64,000 nt of DNA, taken from the IMG/VR virus record IMGVR_UViG_3300022921_001386; one strand, written 5' to 3'. Made by a program: the position numbers and the translations under genes. The notes under the pieces are model-generated. The model had not been told where the DNA came from and made no database searches. It saw only the letters and a program-made list of their open reading frames with translations. This document shows positions 46,498-57,135 of this stretch, piece after piece. The stretch comes from a virus. How positions within the stretch are numbered: position 1 is the stretch's first letter; every line of letters starts with the position of its first letter.

Positions 46498-47013
46498 TTA
46501 AATCTCCGGGTTTATCTTACAATATTCTTTTATATTTAGTTTCCATATATTTTGTTCGGTATCAAAAACCTTTTGACACCCTAGATGTTCTACTATTTGT
46601 TTTTTTTCAAGTATGTGATAAAGTTTGTTTAACTTTAACATTTTGCCGCTGTGGTCAGTTTCGGTATTAGTTGTTATGTATATAGGCTTATTGCTGTACA
46701 TATTAATTACTATAGGCAAGTGATAGCGAAACATCCAACAATTCATATGATTCTTACTTAATCCGCCAGGAATTGAATAAAGTTGACATCCTCTAAATAA
46801 TGCTCGTATACCGTTGAGGAATGGATGTACTCCGCTTATGCCAACAATTTTAGTATTATGAAAAGTGGCGAACCAGTTTCCGCCAATACGTAATGTGTTA
46901 TTAAATTTCATAGACTCTAGGCTATTGTTATTATTGTAATTCATCCTATCACATTCATTAATGAATTCTAATAACTGCAAGGTAGGTTTAGATATAATCC
47001 TTGTTTCTATCAC
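46498..47013 (-). CDS. GNAT-like hypothetical protein
   Basis: WFATFHNTKIVGISGVH, RALFR, IYITTN. Confidence 0.45.
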   Translation of the reverse strand: MIETRIISKPTLQLLEFINECDRMNYNNNNSLESMKFNNTLRIGGNWFATFHNTKIVGISGVHPFLNGIRALFRGCQLYSIPGGLSKNHMNCWMFRYHLPIVINMYSNKPIYITTNTETDHSGKMLKLNKLYHILEKKQIVEHLGCQKVFDTEQNIWKLNIKEYCKINPEI

Positions 47014-48257
47014 GAAAATACCATTTCTAAATCTTTGTAAACAGTTGTACTTCCAAACATAGCAGGCAATAGCTCAGGCTGTCTTGTAATCTCAAACGTA
47101 TCAAATCTATCTAATAATGCATTTGTAATAATTTCTAAAAAATGCTTAACAAGAAAATCACCTGTACAATGATGCGGGCCATATGCAAGTGTTACCGGCA
47201 ACGGTTCGTTATCTCTTTCAAGTCTAAATACTAACGGATCTTTATAATATTTTGGATCTCGATTGGCACCATATGTATATAACAAAATGCGGCCGCCTCC
47301 ATCAAACTTATAACCATGAAATACTGTATCGTCAACAATATCTCGTACGCCGCCCTTTAAAGGTGCTAATCGTAAACTTTCTCTAGCAAATGCAGAAACT
47401 AAAGACCTATCTTCTTTTATACGTTTAACAATATCTGGATATTTACAAAAGTTCATTAAAATGTTCTGATATAAACTTAACGAAAATGTAGGAATAACCA
47501 CTGTCCATAAAGACTGAATAAACATATACGCCATTAGTTTAGGATTATCGTTATATTCAGATTGTTTGTCGTTGAGGTTTTTAGTCATATTAATCATAGT
47601 ATCGTAATCTTTATCATTGTTATGATAATATTCTATTGCTTCGTTAACTATACGAGAGAACATACTATAAAACTCAGTAGTCTCTGATACAGGCTTATCG
47701 TAATCAAAGTCCGGATTAAAGTTTGAAAATACATTTCCAGGACGCATCCACTTATGAAATCCGTCTTTTACATAATCTTCAGTAACATCCAATGCATCCC
47801 ACGGAAACTCAATTGATTGAACTTGGGTATCTGTTACTGTTTTGCCTATGACATCGTATGCTTTAAATGGAACGCCCTTTTTAATCGAGTCAAGATCTTT
47901 ATATAAGTTATCTGTAAAGATTTTTGTAAAATCGCCTGCTCGACGTTTAATCCAATCTAAACTATGTTTTTTAGCAAGGTGGTGATGCGGACCTTCACGA
48001 AGTGTCAACGCATATCCTGCTCTCCAAACACCTCCAAGAGGAGTAGGATCAAATGGTGCTGGAGATGTTTTTGCAAGACTGAATCTATCATTCATTTTAG
48101 ATGCCTCTTTAAGGCGATCCATCGAAAAGATAATCCAATGTTTATATACTGGGTGCCAAAAGAAGCCGCGTTCTTCGTTTTTAAAACAAAATGTTATGTG
48201 TTCGTCCATTTTGTATAAGAAATCAGGATTAACAATTTCAAAATCAATTTTCCTCAT
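47010..48257 (-). CDS. Cytochrome P450
   Basis: EGPHH (C-helix), ESLR (ExxR), ANRDP.YY.DP..F...R, AYGPHHCTG (heme Cys); 415 aa. Confidence 0.88.
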   Translation of the reverse strand: MRKIDFEIVNPDFLYKMDEHITFCFKNEERGFFWHPVYKHWIIFSMDRLKEASKMNDRFSLAKTSPAPFDPTPLGGVWRAGYALTLREGPHHHLAKKHSLDWIKRRAGDFTKIFTDNLYKDLDSIKKGVPFKAYDVIGKTVTDTQVQSIEFPWDALDVTEDYVKDGFHKWMRPGNVFSNFNPDFDYDKPVSETTEFYSMFSRIVNEAIEYYHNNDKDYDTMINMTKNLNDKQSEYNDNPKLMAYMFIQSLWTVVIPTFSLSLYQNILMNFCKYPDIVKRIKEDRSLVSAFARESLRLAPLKGGVRDIVDDTVFHGYKFDGGGRILLYTYGANRDPKYYKDPLVFRLERDNEPLPVTLAYGPHHCTGDFLVKHFLEIITNALLDRFDTFEITRQPELLPAMFGSTTVYKDLEMVFS

Positions 48258-49369
48258 TTGATTTTCCTCTTAGGTATTTTACTATCAGCACTACTGACAC
48301 AACTTTCGGTTATACAAGGCATAGCCTTGTCAAACAGTTTAAATCCTGTTTCAATATTGCCAAGAGGCACATCGTGGCAACTATAACTGCGTTTCACACT
48401 GCCATCTGGCTCACGAATGATAATACCTTGATAACCAGCATTACAACTCCAGCCTTTAAACTTGTTAAAGTTGAAAGCATTAAAACGTTCTGCTTGATCC
48501 ATATACCATGCTTTACCGTCTTTGTCTCTAAATTCTACTTGCATATGCCAAGGCACTTTTGCATCTGGTTTATGCATTGCATCAGCAGGTATTTCAAATT
48601 TAGGACTCGGACGACCGCTCCATTTGCGTTTGGTTTCAGTGTATGCACGTTGCGGCATACCGTTGTGTAAACGCTTTAGGTTGTCTGCTGTATACCCATC
48701 TACCACTCGGCTGGCTGTAGGGTCGCTTTGAGGCTTTAGCGTAACGTTTATACCTTGTTCGTGAAAGAACAATGCGTTTTCCCAATCTCTTTCAAACCAG
48801 TCCGGAACCATAACCATATTGATTGTAACTTGAACATCGTGCTCCTGACAGAAGATTAGTTTATCTGCAAAGTCTTGCATCTTCTCAACTGTATTTAAAT
48901 GTTCTGTGTGCAAACTTGCTGTAATACTGGCACGGTGGAATGGCTTAACTGCTTCTACATACTTTTCAAACCACGCCATATTACGACTACAGTTCGATGT
49001 CATGTGTACACTAGTGTAGTTGGTGTTGTCTACGTCATCAGCCAGATGTTGTAAAATGTCCAAGTAGCCAGGATGGAAAGTAGGCTCGCCGCCACTAAGA
49101 CTAAAATGATAACTATTAAATCCGTTTTCACGTGCCTGCCTTTTTATCTCATCTATTGTTTTAAGACATAGTTCTGTGGGTCTGTGGTCTTTACGGTCTG
49201 AACGAGCGTAGGGCCAACAATAGGAGCATTTGTAGTTACAGAATCTACCCAGTAGCCAACTGATAGTAAATATGTCACGATACAACAAAGTGCGCTGACC
49301 AACACTAACAATATCATCAAAGGGTATTTTTGTAAAGTCATAGTTTGACCATTTTAAATCTTCATTCAT
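48254..49369 (-). CDS. Radical SAM protein with C-terminal twitch-like Cys cluster
   Basis: WLLGRFCNYKCSYC, SGGEPT, WSCNAG, CITESCVSSAD. Confidence 0.9.
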   Translation of the reverse strand: MNEDLKWSNYDFTKIPFDDIVSVGQRTLLYRDIFTISWLLGRFCNYKCSYCWPYARSDRKDHRPTELCLKTIDEIKRQARENGFNSYHFSLSGGEPTFHPGYLDILQHLADDVDNTNYTSVHMTSNCSRNMAWFEKYVEAVKPFHRASITASLHTEHLNTVEKMQDFADKLIFCQEHDVQVTINMVMVPDWFERDWENALFFHEQGINVTLKPQSDPTASRVVDGYTADNLKRLHNGMPQRAYTETKRKWSGRPSPKFEIPADAMHKPDAKVPWHMQVEFRDKDGKAWYMDQAERFNAFNFNKFKGWSCNAGYQGIIIREPDGSVKRSYSCHDVPLGNIETGFKLFDKAMPCITESCVSSADSKIPKRKIK

Positions 49370-49374
49370 ATTTT

Positions 49375-49403
49375 ATTATACCATATTATTAGCAATAAGT
49401 CAA
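49375..49403 (-). promoter_or_regulatory. Sigma70-type promoter, possibly leaderless
   Basis: TTGACT-17 bp-TATAAT on the - strand; ATG follows after 5 nt with no SD. Confidence 0.7.
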
Positions 49404-50617
49404 CTAGAACTTTTCGTAAGCTCTTCAACTATATTACGAATATGTGGAAATAATACATCCCAGTTGTATTCAGATCTTTTTAACTTAAAGTAATTAAACT
49501 TTTGCTTAATAGCATCCGGCTCTGCATATTCGATCTTAGTTCCTACTAGTTTTTTCATATTAGTTAGATGTTTAGCATAATATATTCCGTTTTCTTTACA
49601 AAAAGTAATAGCGTCATCAAAGTGAGACGCATAATGTCTAGGTATATATAAGATAGACATCTCTGGTTCCATTGCAATATTATGATTAAATAATGTGTTT
49701 AAATTATAATCTATTATTCCATTTTTTTCATATTCATTACGTAAAAGGTTATAAAAGAAACTAACAAACTCAAATGTTTGTGGCAAACTATAGATATTAA
49801 CAGTTGGAGAGATACGTATTTTAACATTAGGTTCTAACACTAGTTTTTTTAAGTTTGCAACTGCACGATCCCATATTATGCCAGTACGTACCGCTTCGCA
49901 GTGGTTTCCAATTCCATCTACGCTGCAATCAAACGTCCATTTAATATTCCTATCTTCTTGTATTTCTTTTAAGTAACGATTAAATATTTTTTCTTTGGTA
50001 TTTATATTGGTACTTATTACTAAATTTAGTTTATTGTTAGGAACATGTTTTTTAATCTCTTGAATATAATGAAGTGTTTTAGGATTATATGTTGGTTCGC
50101 CTCCTGAAAAGAAAAACCAATAGTTTTCTTGGGTGTATTTTTTTTGTTTAAGATATTCAAATAATGTATACTCTACTGTATTACTCCAGTCTTCATCGCC
50201 ATTATGTATATCTTCGCCTAACTCTTTTGCCCAACTTGTACTATCTTTAGATCCACAGTATATACATTTTAAATCACACGCACTACTTAACACAAACTCA
50301 AATGTTTGTAGATTATCTGACTTATATAATTCAGTTTTTTGTTGATTTGTAAATGTATCTTTCCATTCATTCCAAGTTCTAAATAAGCTATATGGTTCTG
50401 TCTTTATACAACTATTACATGCATTTTTTGGTAGTTCGTTAAGAAATAACATATCTGCTTTTTTAGCAAGATACCCCGGAGTTTCTATTAATCCATATTT
50501 TTTAATATCATGTAGACTTGTAGATTCATCTTCAGTTTTACAACAGTTTTTTATCGAACTGTACGGAAAACGAATATTTATATCAGTAAACATTTTGCTG
50601 CATATATTCTGTGTCAT
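49400..50617 (-). CDS. Radical SAM protein with N-terminal twitch-like domain
   Basis: NCC, CNSC; CDLKCIYC; SGGEPT; SVDG. Confidence 0.9.
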   Translation of the reverse strand: MTQNICSKMFTDINIRFPYSSIKNCCKTEDESTSLHDIKKYGLIETPGYLAKKADMLFLNELPKNACNSCIKTEPYSLFRTWNEWKDTFTNQQKTELYKSDNLQTFEFVLSSACDLKCIYCGSKDSTSWAKELGEDIHNGDEDWSNTVEYTLFEYLKQKKYTQENYWFFFSGGEPTYNPKTLHYIQEIKKHVPNNKLNLVISTNINTKEKIFNRYLKEIQEDRNIKWTFDCSVDGIGNHCEAVRTGIIWDRAVANLKKLVLEPNVKIRISPTVNIYSLPQTFEFVSFFYNLLRNEYEKNGIIDYNLNTLFNHNIAMEPEMSILYIPRHYASHFDDAITFCKENGIYYAKHLTNMKKLVGTKIEYAEPDAIKQKFNYFKLKRSEYNWDVLFPHIRNIVEELTKSSS

Positions 50618-50635
50618 TTAATAAAATTCCAAATG

Positions 50636-51895
50636 TTAGATGGTTTCATTACCATTTCCTTTATCAAAATCGTATACTAGTTTTTTAAGAGAGCCGCCTT
50701 TGTTGTCAACTTCTTGCATTTCCATTAGCTTTGGCTCAATATTAGGAGCATGATAACTAAAAATTGATGTTGCAACACTGTCCACTCTTGCTTTAGGAAC
50801 ACATAGTCCGCAACCGCAATGTGTCTTTGGGCATCTTATTAACGGTATAGTATTTGTTACAAACTGTTCTTCTAATTTATTACAATACTTATCAAAATCT
50901 TTAACAGATGATATTGGACCTATCTTGCCTTCTAAGTTAACTTGACAAGTTTGATGATGCCATATCTTATCAATCTCCTGATGTATGTACAAGAAATACC
51001 AGTTTATCATACAGTTCCATCCTTGAAAGTTATTATTTTCTACAAACGTACTATTAGAAATTTCGCCATTATCAAATCCTAAATCTAAGTTGCGGCCGCC
51101 GCAACACGGTCTGCCTATCTTTTGGCCAACTTCTTTTTTCTTCTCTGGCTGGTTAGTATTTGGTGTACTAACTTTTGCAGGAGGATTACTAGCATAATAA
51201 GCAGGCTCTAGTTCGCCATTTTTCTTTGCTTTCCAATAGTCCTTGAGCCAATCTAGTTGACTTTCTGTATAAGTATGAACTGTCTTATCTTTAAGACCTT
51301 GTTTGATATCGCCTTGATCCCCTATAACCCGCGGTGTATAATCCACTCCGTTTTTATCACACCATTGTGCCAAGTATATACATTCATTAAAGTAATCTGC
51401 ATCTTCGTGAAACATAATGTTTATTTTAAAATTATAGTTAGCATCTAACATAGTTTGTAGATTTTCTCTAACCTGTTTTTTCTGTACTTCTGTACCTTCG
51501 CAATGATAACTAACTGTAGTAAACTCCGTACTACGCATAACAACTTCAAGTTTACGTTTACTATAAAACCCATTGGTAGTTAGTGTTCGTTTCCAATGCG
51601 GATATGTTTCTTGTAAATATTCTAAAAACTTAAAAAACTCTGGATTTACAGTAGGTTCACCGCCAGTAAAACTTGCAGCAACTCTAAATCTCTCATTGCG
51701 TTTAGAATTATAAATTTCGCTATATCTTTCTAAACTATCAGCAGTTTTTACTAGTTCATCAAAACTTGCTAGATCACTCCAGTTATTTTTTCGATGTGGT
51801 GGACAATAAGTACAAGCAAATGTACATCTACGACCTAGATCCCATATAACCATAAGTTGTTTTTCGGTCTTATCGTCTATACTACATAATCCCAT
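50636..51895 (-). CDS. Radical SAM protein (WDLGRRC subtype) with C-terminal Cys cluster
   Basis: WDLGRRCTFACTYC, TGGEPT, RPCCG, HQTC, CPKTHCGCGLC. Confidence 0.9.
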   Translation of the reverse strand: MGLCSIDDKTEKQLMVIWDLGRRCTFACTYCPPHRKNNWSDLASFDELVKTADSLERYSEIYNSKRNERFRVAASFTGGEPTVNPEFFKFLEYLQETYPHWKRTLTTNGFYSKRKLEVVMRSTEFTTVSYHCEGTEVQKKQVRENLQTMLDANYNFKINIMFHEDADYFNECIYLAQWCDKNGVDYTPRVIGDQGDIKQGLKDKTVHTYTESQLDWLKDYWKAKKNGELEPAYYASNPPAKVSTPNTNQPEKKKEVGQKIGRPCCGGRNLDLGFDNGEISNSTFVENNNFQGWNCMINWYFLYIHQEIDKIWHHQTCQVNLEGKIGPISSVKDFDKYCNKLEEQFVTNTIPLIRCPKTHCGCGLCVPKARVDSVATSIFSYHAPNIEPKLMEMQEVDNKGGSLKKLVYDFDKGNGNETI

Positions 51896-52772
51896 CTATT
51901 TTTCCTATTTTTTTCTTTGCTTCATTTATAGCCCATGTTTTTTCTAAACACCAAAAACAATCATTGCATTCAGGTAGCTCGTCGCCAGGGCGATAATACT
52001 TGTACGAATCTTCGTATCGGTTATCGACTAGTAGATTTTTTATACCAGATTCAACTGATCTAATATGCATTATATTTCCAAAGGCTTCACAACTACGAGT
52101 AACTTCGAGTAAGTCTTCTATATTATACAAAAAATAATCTGCAATAATATCGTCTTTTGTATGATATATAAATGGTTGTACATTTAAAGGATATGAACTA
52201 TTATTTTGTTGTCTGTAAGATAATCTATATCCTTGTAGATCTATTTCTGACATATTTCTATCAGGCGAAACATCACCAACTGTACTTAATAATTCAGGAT
52301 TTCGAGTAGTAGAACAATATAATGCATCTAAATTATTTGTATATCCAATCCACAATGCATAACTAGAGTTTTCTATTTTGTCTCCTGATTTTAATGTGTC
52401 GTTAATAGGAATAATATCTCCAATTATTCCATATTCTATTTCTGTAGGAATATAATTTTCATGTTCTATAAACTTAATAGTAGGAAACATAGATTTTAAC
52501 TTTTTAATCACTTCTAAACGCACATGTTTTTGCCAAGGTTTTATTTGCCATCCTCTTACATGACTTATTGTATGTATTTCTATCTTTAAATTATGTTTTA
52601 TTATATAGTTGCATATATTATAGCATAAAATAGCACTATCGGCGCCACCGGAAATATTAATACCAATCTTTGTCCATGCATCATTAAAAGGAATCGGAAC
52701 TCCATTTGCTGTTTCAAAATAATTAAACTCGTTAGATTCTTTATAAATTTGTTTTATATTGTGATTTAACAT
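51882..52772 (-). CDS. QueC-like PP-loop ATPase
   Basis: ISGGADS; TRSCE...CNDCFWCLEK. Confidence 0.8.
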   Translation of the reverse strand: MLNHNIKQIYKESNEFNYFETANGVPIPFNDAWTKIGINISGGADSAILCYNICNYIIKHNLKIEIHTISHVRGWQIKPWQKHVRLEVIKKLKSMFPTIKFIEHENYIPTEIEYGIIGDIIPINDTLKSGDKIENSSYALWIGYTNNLDALYCSTTRNPELLSTVGDVSPDRNMSEIDLQGYRLSYRQQNNSSYPLNVQPFIYHTKDDIIADYFLYNIEDLLEVTRSCEAFGNIMHIRSVESGIKNLLVDNRYEDSYKYYRPGDELPECNDCFWCLEKTWAINEAKKKIGKIDGIM

Positions 52773-54110
52773 TTATTGTCTTTCTATGTTGCAGTCATTT
52801 GCAAGTTCTTTTAAATGAGGGAATGTTGTAAAAAAATCCCATGTAGGATATGTTTTTTGGTATTGCTTGTTTACATAGTTAAGTTTACTAAAGAAAAATT
52901 CTGCTTGTTCAGGTGTTAAACTATCTGGCATATCACTAGTAACGCTTGCAAAATAACCATCTTCATAGTATACATTATGATAGTCTGATGCTAACTGTTT
53001 AAATATTTCATGTGCTTTTTTTATCTTTTCTATTGCGTATTTCTTTGGCAAATATGCAGTTTGCATCCATTCTGGATCTTGTAATGCATTAAATGCTATT
53101 TCTACTCTATGACGCTTGCCTTCTACATAGTTACTACGGATAGTATCATTTATATATTGTGCCATTTGATCTATATAGGGTAAATTTAAACCTGTAACAA
53201 CTGTAAAACTTCTAACATTATCGACTACACTGTCTGGTTTAATCCAGTTTCCAAAGTTTTTTTGTATTTGATCAAAATCAGCACCATGTCGAACCATTAC
53301 CTGATCGTGAGCACCATCTTGGCTTAACATTATTTTTGTTTGCCAACCAGCTGCTTTATATTTTTTAAACATGTTATAAAAACGTTCATTAAGTTTATCT
53401 TTACTTGTACCGTTTGTTGTTATTTCTATAATTAGTGTCTTGCCTGCTGCAATAGATTCTCTGCCGGCTTCAATAAACTCATCTGCATGATCGTACATTT
53501 CGTCATGTAGTGTAGGTTCGCCGCCTAAATATGCAATATTCATCATATGTCGGCATTCTCTAATAGACTTCTTTGCAAATTCTATAACAGCACTGGTCCA
53601 TTGTTGTTTATGTTCGCCCTTATAATATCTACTATCCGCAAGATAGTTTTCATATCCTCTTCCGTCTGACCCATTGGTGTCATAATCCTTGTACCATATT
53701 TTTCTTAGTGTATTACTATTTCCTACCCAACACATGAAGCAGCCTAGATTGCAAGTTGAATTCATCCATAGTTCTATGCGGCTCGGAAGTGCTACATCTG
53801 TTGGTATTGTACGATTATTAAATAGTCCATTATAATTTGGACCATGATGCTGCCGCATACTCAAAATACCGCGCTCTTCTTTTTTCCAACATGTTGTACA
53901 ATCAGCATGTTTTATATTATCATACAAACTTTGTTTGCGCTCTATTAGTTTTGGAAACTTGGTAAAATATTCATTTCCTAACTCAATAAATGCATCTTCA
54001 TCAAATTGATATGGCCATGAATCACAACAAGCCGAAAACTCACCAACTTCAGGTTGAAACTTATAAACAGTGTAACTCATTGGACAATGAAGTTGTGTAA
54101 AATCAGTCAT
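52773..54110 (-). CDS. Radical SAM protein with N-terminal twitch-like domain
   Basis: ACC, CTTC...E..G..SMR; CNLGCFMC; GGEP; TTNG. Confidence 0.9.
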   Translation of the reverse strand: MTDFTQLHCPMSYTVYKFQPEVGEFSACCDSWPYQFDEDAFIELGNEYFTKFPKLIERKQSLYDNIKHADCTTCWKKEERGILSMRQHHGPNYNGLFNNRTIPTDVALPSRIELWMNSTCNLGCFMCWVGNSNTLRKIWYKDYDTNGSDGRGYENYLADSRYYKGEHKQQWTSAVIEFAKKSIRECRHMMNIAYLGGEPTLHDEMYDHADEFIEAGRESIAAGKTLIIEITTNGTSKDKLNERFYNMFKKYKAAGWQTKIMLSQDGAHDQVMVRHGADFDQIQKNFGNWIKPDSVVDNVRSFTVVTGLNLPYIDQMAQYINDTIRSNYVEGKRHRVEIAFNALQDPEWMQTAYLPKKYAIEKIKKAHEIFKQLASDYHNVYYEDGYFASVTSDMPDSLTPEQAEFFFSKLNYVNKQYQKTYPTWDFFTTFPHLKELANDCNIERQ

Positions 54111-55443
54111 TGGTAATATCCTCTTCTATATACTTTTTTAATCCTGGTACTACATTACTTATAGATTCGTTTCTTATCTTGTCTAAAGTATTGGTATAGT
54201 GTACAAACTCTTGCCAATATTCATTGTAATAACTTTTACTATTCATATAGCTGCAAATTCCGTTTTTAATACCATTTGCTGCATACAAATATTTTTTATC
54301 AAACTTTTGTTCTTCAATCCAGTTTACAAAGTTGTCAAACTTTGTAGATAAATGATGCTTGTATTCATCAGGAAGAACTTGTATATTTAAGTGAGGCGGA
54401 TTGTGAGCTACGTGATATGTTATTATAGGTTTAATAGAACTATTATTAATTTTTTCAAAGTTACTATGTGTTAGTTTCCATTTCATAAAATCAATCATAT
54501 GTTCAACATTATATGCTGTTACTGTAAATGCTATCCAGGCTTTTATATTAGAGGGTAACTTGTCTATTGTATTTAAATTTTTTAATATTTTATTCCATTT
54601 TGCAGGATATCGTTGATATTCTAAAACTTTTTCCATGCCGTCGACACTAACTCCTAATCGTATTTCTTTAAATTTTGTCCATAAGCCAACAACCCTTGGT
54701 GGTAATGTAGTTCCGTTTGTATTATATTCAATTAATATGTTTTTAGCGTACCCATAATCTATACATTTTTGTAAGAAATCGTAATGCCTTTCAATAAGCA
54801 TAGGTTCGCCGCCTGCAAAATATACATGTTCTATATTAGGAATATTTTTTTCAAGCTGTTTCCAAAACATTTCACTATTTGGCCAATCAAAATCTTTAGA
54901 TATAAGTTTTCCATTTACATTATGTATTTCAATTTCGCCGCTGGTATCGTTAAACGTATGCTTGCCTGTTAGCTTAATCCAATCGTCAAACCATGCACTC
55001 GAATCTGATGGGCCGCACATTCTGCATTTTAAGTTGCAAAAATTGCCAAATCTTAAATCATAGTATTTTATAGGAGACTTTTCGGTATCTATACTACCAT
55101 CTTTATTTGTAGTTGTAAGTGCATCAATAATAGAAAAATCCCACTGCAATCTTTCGTACTGACGTCTACTAGTTAATCCGTTTTCTTCTTCTTGGCGGCA
55201 TCTGTCACATTCTTCGTTCCACTTACTACTTAACATATTTTTACGTATATCTTTCATTAGCTGACCGTTGCGTGCCTCGCTCAAATCATCTATGCCAACA
55301 TTATATGCGGCGCCTGTTTCTTTTCTTACAACACCTTTATTTTTAGTTACATTAGCTTGACAACAAACACGTACATCGCCATTACTACGTGCTGCCTGAA
55401 ATATCCACGGAATAGGACAAAAAGTTTTTTCACCTTTAATCAT
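54103..55443 (-). CDS. Radical SAM protein with N-terminal twitch-like domain
   Basis: Start re-assigned to MIKGEK; CPIPW, VCC, CDRC; CNLKCRMC; AGGEP. Confidence 0.9.
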   Translation of the reverse strand: MIKGEKTFCPIPWIFQAARSNGDVRVCCQANVTKNKGVVRKETGAAYNVGIDDLSEARNGQLMKDIRKNMLSSKWNEECDRCRQEEENGLTSRRQYERLQWDFSIIDALTTTNKDGSIDTEKSPIKYYDLRFGNFCNLKCRMCGPSDSSAWFDDWIKLTGKHTFNDTSGEIEIHNVNGKLISKDFDWPNSEMFWKQLEKNIPNIEHVYFAGGEPMLIERHYDFLQKCIDYGYAKNILIEYNTNGTTLPPRVVGLWTKFKEIRLGVSVDGMEKVLEYQRYPAKWNKILKNLNTIDKLPSNIKAWIAFTVTAYNVEHMIDFMKWKLTHSNFEKINNSSIKPIITYHVAHNPPHLNIQVLPDEYKHHLSTKFDNFVNWIEEQKFDKKYLYAANGIKNGICSYMNSKSYYNEYWQEFVHYTNTLDKIRNESISNVVPGLKKYIEEDITND

Positions 55444-56588
55444 TAAAAATGCTCCGGTGTTATTAAATGTTCTAACTTGTTCCAAAGCTCACTATTTTTA
55501 TCCATCCAATGTTCTTTTCTAATCTTGTTTAACTGAGCGTCATTTCTTAAAAACAATCCAAAGTTGCCGGGCTGCTTGATCTCATGTATAAGCTGTGCAA
55601 ATATTTTACGGTATAGCACAGTATAGTTTTTTTCAATACTTTGTAAATATTCTAAAATCCAAGGTTTTATATCTTCGTGCAAGTTACGTGGTTGCATCCA
55701 TTCCGGACCGTCAATGACCACACACTCGTGGTACAACTCTTGCTCAATACAAAAATCTAATATCTCGTGAATCTTGTTTACATTATATATACTAAATGCA
55801 CTATGCACATTTATATGTTGGAAATGTTGTTTGTACCATATGAGATTGTTGTAAACTGTGTCCCATTTACTATCTTTGCGAAGAAACTCATTAAGCTCTC
55901 CATAACTATCAATACTCAAATCAATATGCACTTTTTTACATTGCTGTAATAGTTTGACTAGTTGTTCATTTGGTAATATACTTACGTTTGTTACTAATAA
56001 TATACTCAGCTGACTAAGATTGCATTTGTTAAGTACTTTGATCAACTTATCTTGTTCCATCATTGGCTCACCGCCTAATACTTTTATAAACCTTAAGTCT
56101 GATAGATCATAATGATTGATAATGGTGTTGTCTGTGATAATGCCTTTTGGTATTTTCCAGCCAAGTTTTTTAGCATCACTATACCAATGTGTACTAAGTT
56201 CAGGCATGCACATTCTACATTTATTATTACACACATTACTTAGAGCCAAATCAATGTTTGTAAGTTTTTTTATTTTTCCTTTACCTTCGGCTTTGGTAGG
56301 TAATCCAAAATCTCCGATGAATCCAGAGTTTATATCAGTACGCATACTTCTAGCACTACTTTTTTCATCATCATAACACTTTTTACACCCGTGAACATAC
56401 TCATCATTGGACATTTTTTGTCTAATATAGTTCATATATTCGTGATTAAACGGATCCGGGTGCGCAACATTTAAATCTTCAGGAACTTCTTCTTCTCTAA
56501 ATACACAACATGGCCATATTTGACCATCAGGACGCATTGCCATGTGATGAAATGGCAGCGCACATGCATATTTTGGCATACTAGGCAT
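55443..56588 (-). CDS. Radical SAM protein with N-terminal twitch-like domain
   Basis: Start re-assigned to MPSMPKY; CALPF, PCC, CKKC; CNNKCRMC; GGEP. Confidence 0.9.
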   Translation of the reverse strand: MPSMPKYACALPFHHMAMRPDGQIWPCCVFREEEVPEDLNVAHPDPFNHEYMNYIRQKMSNDEYVHGCKKCYDDEKSSARSMRTDINSGFIGDFGLPTKAEGKGKIKKLTNIDLALSNVCNNKCRMCMPELSTHWYSDAKKLGWKIPKGIITDNTIINHYDLSDLRFIKVLGGEPMMEQDKLIKVLNKCNLSQLSILLVTNVSILPNEQLVKLLQQCKKVHIDLSIDSYGELNEFLRKDSKWDTVYNNLIWYKQHFQHINVHSAFSIYNVNKIHEILDFCIEQELYHECVVIDGPEWMQPRNLHEDIKPWILEYLQSIEKNYTVLYRKIFAQLIHEIKQPGNFGLFLRNDAQLNKIRKEHWMDKNSELWNKLEHLITPEHF

Positions 56589-57135
56589 ACCAGTTCTCCG
56601 ATTGCATCGGATCAATGCTTAATTCGTTGATGTTTAAATGCTTAGGCTGATCAACTATCCATTTTATATACTCAGCAGCTAGATTAATATCCATAGTTTT
56701 TCTGTCTGGATGCTTTGCTTGATTGTTATCAAGTGTTCCGAGACTGATGTAACTTATTTTAGGGCCGCTTGCCCATATGCCAGTAAGCCCTAACGTATTG
56801 CTATAATCACGCAATGCTTTCTTTTCAGCATTGTATAACCATGCTCCGCCTTTTTTAACTCTATCAGTAGTACTGCCTATGTTGATAATATGACATTGGT
56901 GATTTTCAAGTATACATTTTTTATAAACAATATCAAGTAAACTGGTTTGATTGAATCTAAACAGCGCACTACAGTTGATAAACACATCATGATGTATCAC
57001 TGCTTCGGCACATCTTTCCATATCAACTTTTTTACCAAAGTCGTAACCGGTACTTCTACTAATAAACTCTGCATCGGGATAAATCTTTGCTAATGCTCCA
57101 GCTACACCTGTGTCTTTGTTACCCGTTATGATCAT
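56581..57135 (-). CDS. Short-chain dehydrogenase/reductase (compact)
   Basis: IITG...GV..AL, FINCSA, IINIGS, YNAEK (YxxxK). Confidence 0.8.
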   Translation of the reverse strand: MIITGNKDTGVAGALAKIYPDAEFISRSTGYDFGKKVDMERCAEAVIHHDVFINCSALFRFNQTSLLDIVYKKCILENHQCHIINIGSTTDRVKKGGAWLYNAEKKALRDYSNTLGLTGIWASGPKISYISLGTLDNNQAKHPDRKTMDINLAAEYIKWIVDQPKHLNINELSIDPMQSENWYA

